Virus record (IMG/VR): IMGVR_UViG_3300008117_000011
Span: 1 to 64,000 of that record
DNA: 64,000 nt
Direction: 5' to 3' (one strand)
This document shows, piece after piece, positions 57,272-64,000 of the stretch (position 1 is its first letter; every line of letters begins with the position of its first letter). Made by a program: the position numbers and the translations under genes. The notes beneath the pieces were generated by a model that worked only from the letters and a program-made list of their open reading frames with translations, made no database searches and had not been told where the DNA came from.

Positions 57272-57481
57272 TTATTCTGATTTAAAGGTTTCGTTGTAGT
57301 ATTGTTCAACATTCCTATCCGCTTCCATTATAGCATCAACCCCTCCTTGCACATAGAAATTATATAAATGCTCCTTCTCCATTTCTTTGGCTTTTTCAAA
57401 TGCCTTTCCCATTTCTAATAAGTTGCCAGAATGTTTTATGTATTGCTCTTTTAACCATTCTACTGCTGTCTGTTTTTTCAT
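57272..57481 (-). CDS. 'KQTAVEWL...YYNETFKSE' small phage protein
   Basis: Common small-protein pattern in Bacteroidota phages. Confidence 0.7.
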   Translation of the reverse strand: MKKQTAVEWLKEQYIKHSGNLLEMGKAFEKAKEMEKEHLYNFYVQGGVDAIMEADRNVEQYYNETFKSE

Positions 57482-57493
57482 ATCATACACGTT

Positions 57494-57706
57494 TTAAAGG
57501 GTATCTCCTATTTGCCATTTACCACAATCAGCATAAAATCTAGTATAGTCCCATTTACCTATAAATACATATTCACACCTACCATTTCTATATTGTGTAA
57601 TCTCAGCACATATAGAAATTCCTTCTTTTATCTCCTTTCCATTATAATGATTGTCACAACTTACTAATATCATCATAATAAAAACTCCAATTAAGTATTT
57701 TCTCAT
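57494..57706 (-). CDS. Small lipoprotein
   Basis: MRKYLIGVFIMMILVSC lipobox. Confidence 0.65.
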   Translation of the reverse strand: MRKYLIGVFIMMILVSCDNHYNGKEIKEGISICAEITQYRNGRCEYVFIGKWDYTRFYADCGKWQIGDTL

Positions 57707-57825
57707 ATCACACACGTTTTATAAATTAGACATAAAAAAGCTGTAATTATACAACTCCCACATATAAACAAAAATCTTTTGTTGGGGGATAAATCTTCCC
57801 ATAACCATTTGTTAAATCTTTCCAT
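57703..57825 (-). CDS. 40 aa TM micro-protein
   Basis: MERFNKWLWEDLSPNKRFLFICGSCIITAFLCLIYKTCVI. Confidence 0.5.
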   Translation of the reverse strand: MERFNKWLWEDLSPNKRFLFICGSCIITAFLCLIYKTCVI

Positions 57826-57843
57826 ATCACACACGTTTTAAAA

Positions 57844-57906
57844 TTAAGGTCTATCACCCCAAGTAAACACTTGTTCTTCTAACCATTCTACTGCTGTCTT
57901 TTTCAT
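57844..57906 (-). pseudogene. Truncated KQTAVEWL paralogue, 20 aa
   Basis: MKKTAVEWLEEQVFTWGDRP*. Confidence 0.5.
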
Positions 57907-57921
57907 CTTATTCTGATTTAA

Positions 57922-57999
57922 TTATCTTTTCATTATGTTGTAACACATTGCGATTCCAGTAATCATTCCCATTAAAAAAAATATAATCTCTAGGTGCAT
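57922..57999 (-). CDS. 25 aa hydrophobic micro-protein
   Basis: MHLEIIFFLMGMITGIAMCYNIMKR. Confidence 0.45.
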   Translation of the reverse strand: MHLEIIFFLMGMITGIAMCYNIMKR

Positions 58000-58074
58000 C
58001 TTATTCTGATTTAAAGGTTAATAAATTTAATTACTACTAATGGTTGTTCTTCATTTTCTGATTTTATTCTCATC

Positions 58075-58221
58075 TTATTCTGATTTAAAGGTTAAAGGGT
58101 TTTCTGTCCAAATTGTGCCATCATCTTCTCTCATTGCTTCAATCATTGTCCAAGCAAACCAATAGGGTAAACTTACTGGAAGAAATATAATTGATAATAT
58201 TACTATTTGATATCTTTTCAT
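58075..58221 (-). CDS. 48 aa TM micro-protein ending TFKSE
   Basis: MKRYQIVILSIIFLPVSLPYWFAW...LTFKSE; TATATTTG 4 nt before ATG. Confidence 0.55.
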   Translation of the reverse strand: MKRYQIVILSIIFLPVSLPYWFAWTMIEAMREDDGTIWTENPLTFKSE

Positions 58222-58238
58222 ATCACAAATATAATAAA

Positions 58239-58652
58239 TTATTCTGATGTTTCTAATCTTTCAAGCATTTCTTTTATTCTCTTTACAGATTTTTCTTTTA
58301 ACGGTAATGGATTTCCATCTTCATCAATATATACAAATTTGGTATGTGTCTTTAGAACAACAGCTTGTCTACCGGTCCTTACATTGTGAGCTCTTGCTTC
58401 AATATATAATGTAACTGATGTATTTCCAATAGACGCCGGATATCCAAATATTTTAAGTAGTTGTCCTTCTTTACTTGGTTTTTCAAATACACATTTGTCA
58501 ATTGACACTGTGACCATTCTTGGTGTGTCACATAGTTGCATCGCATAAGCAACAGCGGCTGCGTCAAGCCATGCCAATAATTTTCCACCAAAAAGATTTC
58601 CGTGAAATCCAAGATCTGATTTTTTAATTGGGTGTGTTGTTATTAATTCCAT
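58239..58652 (-). CDS. Acyl-CoA thioesterase (hotdog fold, YciA-like)
   Basis: DLGFHGNLFGGKLLAWLD...MVTVSID...IGNTSVT...FVYIDEDG.P. Confidence 0.85.
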   Translation of the reverse strand: MELITTHPIKKSDLGFHGNLFGGKLLAWLDAAAVAYAMQLCDTPRMVTVSIDKCVFEKPSKEGQLLKIFGYPASIGNTSVTLYIEARAHNVRTGRQAVVLKTHTKFVYIDEDGNPLPLKEKSVKRIKEMLERLETSE

Positions 58653-58654
58653 TA

Positions 58655-59026
58655 TTATATCTTATCCCATTTATTATCGTGATTATATGAAAAAGAACCA
58701 ATATGTTCTTTATTCCATTGATTTGGTTCAATTAGTGATAAGAATATATCACCATTGTTAGAGTAATACAAATGATAAATTTGTCCAATTACCGGCTCAA
58801 AATTAAACTTTGCTTTATATACCAGTTCATTCCATTTGTATTCCTCAATTAGTTTTTCGTACTCCTTTTTCAAATTGTTAAATCTATCTTCAAATTGTTT
58901 ATTTACATTTTTAATTCTTGGTTCCTTCCAGGCTTGTATATTTTCTGTTCTAATAGCCGGAGCTCCAATATTTGACCCATATGGTAAAATACCCGGGTTG
59001 TCTGCAACGTTATCTGGTTTTTCCAT
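58655..59026 (-). CDS. DUF2452-like protein
   Basis: LPYGSNIGAP...VY.AKFNFEPVIGQIYHLY...FLSLIEP..W. Confidence 0.7.
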   Translation of the reverse strand: MEKPDNVADNPGILPYGSNIGAPAIRTENIQAWKEPRIKNVNKQFEDRFNNLKKEYEKLIEEYKWNELVYKAKFNFEPVIGQIYHLYYSNNGDIFLSLIEPNQWNKEHIGSFSYNHDNKWDKI

Positions 59027-59349
59027 TAATATGTGTCAATTTGTTTTTTTATTCTTTCAAGGATGTCCTCGTTCATAATATTCTCATTTATTATAATTTG
59101 TTCTAGAAGATCTTTGATGTCTCTTTTACTTCTTTCTTTTGACTTATATCTTGTTTTTAATTCAACTTGATATAAATGAAATGCAACCTCATCTACTTTT
59201 CTTAATTTTTGTAAGTATTTTTCAACTCTCTGGTCCAATTTTCTTTTTCTATTTAAATCAGAAATTGTTGGGAGCGCTTTAAATAGTTCATCTAGTCTTC
59301 CTTTAAGGTATTGAATTTCCCCGTATTTTAATATTTCCTGGTCCGTCAT
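59026..59349 (-). CDS. Basic helical hypothetical protein
   Basis: 107 aa ORF. Confidence 0.7.
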   Translation of the reverse strand: MTDQEILKYGEIQYLKGRLDELFKALPTISDLNRKRKLDQRVEKYLQKLRKVDEVAFHLYQVELKTRYKSKERSKRDIKDLLEQIIINENIMNEDILERIKKQIDTY

Positions 59350-59407
59350 AAAATATAATTTTTATAAAAAAAGTATAATGATTATTTATTATAAAATCAC
59401 CTGTTTT

Positions 59408-59602
59408 ATGAAATTTTTAAGATATCTTTTAATTGAGTTAACAAATAAATACGGATCCTTTGTTTGGTTTGGGACTCACGTATCAATGACACAAACAGAT
59501 TGGCACTGGATTTTAGAAAGTTTTTTATGTCTTTTTGTTAATATTATAATTATTTTTTCTTTATATTTGCAGTATAAAGACCTTGAGGATGGAAAAAGAT
59601 AA
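59408..59602 (+). CDS. Small membrane protein
   Basis: MKFLRYLL...; TM near C-terminus. Confidence 0.55.
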   Translation: MKFLRYLLIELTNKYGSFVWFGTHVSMTQTDWHWILESFLCLFVNIIIIFSLYLQYKDLEDGKR

Positions 59603-60179
59603 GATAAATGTACTTGAAAAAATATCTCTTTGGTGGAGATTTGAGGGTAGATATTACCACAAGGATTTTTATCGTGGAGTTAAAAATCTTATAAGATGGT
59701 TTCCTACTATTTGGAAAGATAGAGATTGGGATGATACCTTTATCTTTGAAATACTCCGTGTTAAATTGGAACATCAAGCAAAATACATTGGTGATAGGGG
59801 TATTCATATTAGTGCCAAAAGAGATTCTGAAAAGATGAGACTTGTTGCAAAACTTATCAAATTACAACAAGATGATTTCTACGGAATGGAGTATATGGAT
59901 TATCACGACACTAAATACGATTTTATTCCAACCGATGAAACAAAAAAATGGTTCAGAATGGAGGACTCTTTGATTTCTGAAAACTTTGATGATTACTTTA
60001 AAAAGTATCCTCGTCAGTACAAAAAAGTATTGTCAGGAGAAATTAATAGATTTGGTAAAGAAGTTGATGAAACTGACAAACAAAGAATTGCAATGGAAAT
60101 TGCCCACGAAAACCAAGACCGTTGTAGAAAACTTATTTTTAAAATTATGGAATCTGAAATTTCAAGATGGTGGGATTAA
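59589..60179 (+). CDS. Conserved phage hypothetical protein
   Basis: GVKNL.RW.PTIWKDRDWD...KL......I...WWD pattern. Confidence 0.8.
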   Translation: MEKDKINVLEKISLWWRFEGRYYHKDFYRGVKNLIRWFPTIWKDRDWDDTFIFEILRVKLEHQAKYIGDRGIHISAKRDSEKMRLVAKLIKLQQDDFYGMEYMDYHDTKYDFIPTDETKKWFRMEDSLISENFDDYFKKYPRQYKKVLSGEINRFGKEVDETDKQRIAMEIAHENQDRCRKLIFKIMESEISRWWD

Positions 60180-60412
60180 CGAATTATGTTAATCTCACTA
60201 TCAGTTTCAATAACTACTCTAGCACCACAACTTAAAATTGGTTTTTGGTCACCACTTCCACAATACTTTATAACACTAGGTCCAAGGATTTCAACCTCAT
60301 TACAATACGTATTTTTTCTCCCTTCCTTTATTGTTATAACCGGAAGGTCAGTATCTTTAGTTTTATTGGACCTAATGTGATGTTGATTAACGTGAATTCG
60401 TTTCTTTGCCAT
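60176..60412 (-). CDS. Conserved small phage protein
   Basis: MAKKRIHVNQH.IR.N...PVIT.K...V.I.GP...LSCGARV.IET; start re-called. Confidence 0.75.
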   Translation of the reverse strand: MAKKRIHVNQHHIRSNKTKDTDLPVITIKEGRKNTYCNEVEILGPSVIKYCGSGDQKPILSCGARVVIETDSEINIIR

Positions 60413-60434
60413 TAAAAATATGATAAAAAATAAA

Positions 60435-61253
60435 CTACTTAAGTAAATTATAAAACTCTTTAAAGTGTTTAATACGGTCTGAAAGTCCATTGGTACCACC
60501 ATTTACTCGTTTTGTTACGGCTGCAACGTCTGTGTCTGTAGTTCCTTTATCACATAGTGACCACAATTTATTTACGTCAAAGAAAAATGCGGCCGATGCC
60601 AATGGATATTTTGTTGCAACAAGATCTGGATTTGCAACACAATCTTCACCAATAAACTGTGTAAACTTTGAATAGTTTCCTTTACCTGTTAGTTGGATGT
60701 ATCCTCTTCCTCTAAATTTCCATCCTTCACCAGACGCTTCATTTCCATTTCCCATTCTATCGGCATATACTCTTGCAGCAATTTTTTCTGGTTGTCTAGC
60801 GTATTGTTCGGCAAGTGTTGATGGAAAGTATTTTCCAAATGTTCCTCTGAGTCCTTGAGCGGAATAATTAAGATTTTCGTTAACAGCTTTAAAGTTTCCG
60901 GATTCGTGAGCACATTGTGATAAGAAGTGTGCAAGTCTTAAATTATTTGTAATATTAAATTTCTTTGCGGTTTCTGGTATTTGTGTTAACACAGAATCTG
61001 GAATATGACCTTTAAGTTTATCAATGTTTAATCCTTCAACTTTTGCTATTACAACATCTTCTTTGATAACACCACCAAACATCTTTGACCAGGTTCCATC
61101 ACCAACAACACCATCGGCTTTTAATCCATTTTTATTTTGCCAGTCTTTAACAGCCGTTTCAGTTTTTGGTCCAAAGGAACCATCAGCTGTTAATCCTAAT
61201 TTTGATTGTAATTTTTTTACATCTTCACCGGTTGATCCTACTTTAAGTAACAT
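60435..61253 (-). CDS. Endolysin: PG-binding domain + glycoside hydrolase family 19
   Basis: LLKVGSTG.DVKKLQ...DG.FG..T; LAHFLSQCAHES...FRGRGYIQLTG...TKRVNGG.NGL.DR. Confidence 0.9.
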   Translation of the reverse strand: MLLKVGSTGEDVKKLQSKLGLTADGSFGPKTETAVKDWQNKNGLKADGVVGDGTWSKMFGGVIKEDVVIAKVEGLNIDKLKGHIPDSVLTQIPETAKKFNITNNLRLAHFLSQCAHESGNFKAVNENLNYSAQGLRGTFGKYFPSTLAEQYARQPEKIAARVYADRMGNGNEASGEGWKFRGRGYIQLTGKGNYSKFTQFIGEDCVANPDLVATKYPLASAAFFFDVNKLWSLCDKGTTDTDVAAVTKRVNGGTNGLSDRIKHFKEFYNLLK

Positions 61254-61264
61254 AATTTATAGTT

Positions 61265-61942
61265 TTAATTTTTATTTTCTGTTGCATATTTTATACCCAT
61301 AATTGTTCCTACAATTGAGAAAGCATTTGTTAATAAAATTCCAAATATATTAGACCAGGCCGCACTTATTACTTGTGTGTCTTTACCCATTATCATTGTA
61401 AACACATAAACCCCAGTTGTGACAATTCCGACCCCAACTATAATGTACAAAGCAACTCTTACAATTGTTGATATTAATTCAGTTTGATTTCTTTTTTGTA
61501 AAAGGTCAAGATCATTCTCAGCATTTTGTTTTGCTGTCTCGGCAGTAACTTTTGCTTGTTCGGCTTTTACCATTTCAATTTTTAATTCTTCGGTAAGTCT
61601 TAAATTATCTTGTTTCCATTCGTTAAGTTCCCGGTTTTGAACCTCAAAAGTTAGTCTTGATTCTTCAACTTCTTTTAATGTTTCCTGGAGTTCAGATAGA
61701 ATCCTTTCATTTTCTTGATTTGCAACAACCAACTCATCATTTTGTTTTTGAATTTGTTTTGTCATTTCAAGACGTTTTTTTCTTTTTTCTGTGTCATTTG
61801 TTAGACAATCTTCAAGGTACTTTTTGAACTCCGGGTCATTTTCATTATCAATAATTTTGGTAATATTTCCTTCAAGGCCTATTTTTTTCTTATTATATAG
61901 GTCAATAAGGGTACGTTTTGTATTACCATCAATTTTAATCAT
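61265..61942 (-). CDS. Coiled-coil protein with two C-terminal TM helices
   Basis: Long heptad region, then IVRVALYIIVGVGIVTTGVYVF and IFGILLTNAFSIVGTIMG. Confidence 0.8.
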   Translation of the reverse strand: MIKIDGNTKRTLIDLYNKKKIGLEGNITKIIDNENDPEFKKYLEDCLTNDTEKRKKRLEMTKQIQKQNDELVVANQENERILSELQETLKEVEESRLTFEVQNRELNEWKQDNLRLTEELKIEMVKAEQAKVTAETAKQNAENDLDLLQKRNQTELISTIVRVALYIIVGVGIVTTGVYVFTMIMGKDTQVISAAWSNIFGILLTNAFSIVGTIMGIKYATENKN

Positions 61943-62376
61943 CTGTAAATTTTAAATGGTGCTGTTCTATTTTTATAACCCTCAAAATCTTTTTTGAACT
62001 CTTCCAATCTTGGTTCTATTTCGTCCGATTTTATAATCCAAAACTGTGCTCCAGCCTGTAAAGCCTTTGCTTGTTCTTCCGGTTCATTTGAAGATGAAAT
62101 TATCCCAATAACTACGTGATTTCCGTATTGGAAGTTTATTCTTCTAATAAGTTCAATTCCATCAAACGAACTTCCAATTATGTTTAAATCAACAAACACA
62201 CATTCAGGTTTATCCTCTGTGTTGTTTTCTTCAAACCATTTTTTAAATCTTCTTTCCGCCTCGTCGGCGCTTGTTATAGAATTTAAAGAAAGACTTATGT
62301 CTAGTAGAGAACAGCTATCTTCAAATACCAAGTGGAAAAGATCCTCATCATCAACTAATAAAATAGATTCAATCAT
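61939..62376 (-). CDS. Stand-alone response-regulator receiver (CheY/Rcp1-like)
   Basis: ILLVDDED, VFVDLN (phospho-Asp), DGIELIR, IISSS, WIIK; no output domain. Confidence 0.9.
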   Translation of the reverse strand: MIESILLVDDEDLFHLVFEDSCSLLDISLSLNSITSADEAERRFKKWFEENNTEDKPECVFVDLNIIGSSFDGIELIRRINFQYGNHVVIGIISSSNEPEEQAKALQAGAQFWIIKSDEIEPRLEEFKKDFEGYKNRTAPFKIYR

Positions 62377-64000
62377 TTTTTTAATTTTATTTTCATTTTG
62401 GTCCCAATGTCATTCTTTTCACAAGAAACACTAAAACCGTGTTCATTTAATATCGCCAGACATATGTTTAAACCAAGTCCGGTTCCCGATTCCTTTTGTC
62501 CTTCTTTTCTAACATATGGTTTTGATAACAAGTTAAATTCTTCTTGTGTTAATCCTCTACCGTTATCCTGAACTACAAGGTCATTATTTTCTAAATAAAT
62601 ATGTACATATTTTGTATCGTTATCATTATATTTTAATCCGTTTCTAATAAGGTTGTCAACCGCAGTACAAAATAGTGGTTCGTTAACATCAATATTTAAT
62701 AATTCATCAATTTTAACTTGTGATTTATATGATGTTGTTGCAAGGTAATTTTCAAGTATTACTTTTAAATCACATTCTGTTTTATTTAAAACAACATCTT
62801 TTTTAACTAGATTTGTAAACTCAAACACACCTTTATACACTTTTTGTGTGTGTAACAATCCTTCTTTTAACATTTTTAATGGTGCTTCAAGTTTCAAATT
62901 AGAAATCACATCATCTGTTAATCTTCTTTCAAGGGATGAGATACCTCTTGGTATATATGTGTTAATTCCAGAATGCATATCGTGTCTTAATATTTTTGCG
63001 GCATGTTCTAGATATGTATTTTGTTTTTGTATTTGATTTGAGTTTTCAACTATTTCAGTAATATCCCTAGCAATTTTTAAAACTCTATATGGTTTGCCTT
63101 CATCATTTATAATTGGGTTATAAGTTGCACTTAAATGAATTGGTGACCCATCTTTTTTCTTTCTAATTATTTCCCCACTATAATACTTCCCTTCTTTTAA
63201 TTTTTTCCAAAAGTTTTTATATTCTTTTGAATTTATATCTTCATCATATAAGAATATACTGTGGTGTTTACCTTTTATTTCCTCATTTGTATATCCCATT
63301 GCGTCTAAAAAAGAATTATTTGCATAGCAAATTTCACCATCAATAGTGAATTCAATAACAGGACTTGATCTATTGATAGCATCCATTCTATTTGTTAATT
63401 CTGCTTCTTTTTGAATAACTTTTTTTGTTAAGGTGTCTCCTTCTTTTACCGAAAAAGCAAATGAATAAAGTGATGCTAGCATTTGAGCAAAATTTACTTC
63501 ATATTCTTTCCATTCCCTACTGGTCAAACTTTCAATACATATAACACCAAGAACATCTCCTTTATGAATGATTGGGACATCAAGCATTGATTTGATTCCA
63601 AGCGGTTTCAAATAACTTTCTGTAAAACAAGATGTCGCATGGTGCGTTTCGGCATTATTTGCAACTATTATTGGATTAATTAATAGTGCCAAAAAATACT
63701 CCTGGAAATCTTTTTTAAATAGTTCAATATCTTGATACCACTTATGCTCCGCTTTTATATATAACTGATGACAAATAATTGAAGTTCTATCGTTATTATA
63801 TAACCAAATAGAACACCTATCAGTATTAATTGTTTGTGTAACATCTTGAGTTAATGCCTTTGCTCCTTCATTTACATTTCCTTCATAAAATAAAGAATTG
63901 TGAGATTGTGAGATAATAACATCATTTAGTTCTTTTTGGTACAAACTAATAAATTTTGTTTTTTTACTTTTTTTGATGTACTCAAAAATGTTTACAATAA
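62373..64000 (-). CDS. Sensor histidine kinase GAF-PAS-HisKA-HATPase, 5' end outside window
   Basis: GAF (RCSIWL...GIKSMLDVPI..G.VLGVIC.E), PAS (ANNSFL..MGY...GKHHSIF), ILRHDM, NLIRNGLKY, DNGRG, GTGLGL; frame open to 64000. Confidence 0.92.
   Translation of the reverse strand, partial: IVNIFEYIKKSKKTKFISLYQKELNDVIISQSHNSLFYEGNVNEGAKALTQDVTQTINTDRCSIWLYNNDRTSIICHQLYIKAEHKWYQDIELFKKDFQEYFLALLINPIIVANNAETHHATSCFTESYLKPLGIKSMLDVPIIHKGDVLGVICIESLTSREWKEYEVNFAQMLASLYSFAFSVKEGDTLTKKVIQKEAELTNRMDAINRSSPVIEFTIDGEICYANNSFLDAMGYTNEEIKGKHHSIFLYDEDINSKEYKNFWKKLKEGKYYSGEIIRKKKDGSPIHLSATYNPIINDEGKPYRVLKIARDITEIVENSNQIQKQNTYLEHAAKILRHDMHSGINTYIPRGISSLERRLTDDVISNLKLEAPLKMLKEGLLHTQKVYKGVFEFTNLVKKDVVLNKTECDLKVILENYLATTSYKSQVKIDELLNIDVNEPLFCTAVDNLIRNGLKYNDNDTKYVHIYLENNDLVVQDNGRGLTQEEFNLLSKPYVRKEGQKESGTGLGLNICLAILNEHGFSVSCEKNDIGTKMKIKLKK

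Larger units (their letters stand above)
57268..58093 (-). repeat. Junction repeats AACCTTTAAATCAGAATAAGATG (57268, 57904 partial, 57997, 58071) and TAAAACGTGTGTGATATG (57479, 57704, 57823)
   Basis: Exact or near-exact repeats, each ending in a start codon. Confidence 0.8.

Noticed and set aside
55364-58093. CRISPR array
   Set aside because: Repeats vary in length and sequence, the intervals are 60-230 bp and encode ORFs, and no cas genes are visible.
1275-63036. Many short opposite-strand ORFs in the track (e.g. 1275, 7994, 9002, 9278, 10097, 14447, 21529, 30784, 53982, 61024, 62180)
   Set aside because: They are antisense shadows of better-supported genes, with F/L/I/S-rich composition and no promoter.
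1-64000. Stop-codon reassignment as in some large phages
   Set aside because: Recognisable genes are full length in the standard code, and TAG and TGA both end genes at sensible places.
1-64000. tRNA or rRNA genes
   Set aside because: No cloverleaf or rRNA-like sequence noticed by eye; tRNAscan-SE was not run.
1-64000. Bacterial chromosome or eukaryotic giant virus origin
   Set aside because: No housekeeping operons or eukaryotic features; endolysin, HNH, dense small ORFs and bacterial promoters/terminators favour a large phage, although no capsid or terminase gene is in this window.

Overview
An AT-rich (about 28-30% GC by eye), densely coding, mostly minus-strand 64 kb stretch in the standard genetic code. 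It reads as the accessory region of a very large lytic phage infecting Bacteroidota: there are TTTG-N19/20-TAnnTTTG host-type promoters, no obvious Shine-Dalgarno sites, a GH19 endolysin, an HNH nuclease, an ECF sigma factor and many small paralogous ORFs. Main observations: (1) A degraded phage-borne integron at 54.6-56.2 kb, made of the C-terminal relic of a tyrosine recombinase and four attC-like sites enclosing three mini-cassettes. Each cassette has mutually complementary ends, and two cassette genes start inside an attC loop and stop in the TAAC core. (2) A translationally coupled sensor kinase, stand-alone receiver, membrane coiled-coil protein and endolysin operon at 60.4-64 kb. (3) About 40 unrelated proteins sharing a few short N-terminal leader peptides ending in (I/L/V)-x-E, usually behind a TATTTAT promoter motif; this may be a capsid-targeting and protease-maturation tag. 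(4) A DUF6915-like gene followed by six diverged DUF6878-like paralogues. (5) A second micro-gene array stitched together by repeated stop/start junctions. (6) Apparent CCGG/CCWGG enrichment and several structured non-coding islands. Family names come from motif recognition, not database searches, and many start codons were re-called from the ORF track.
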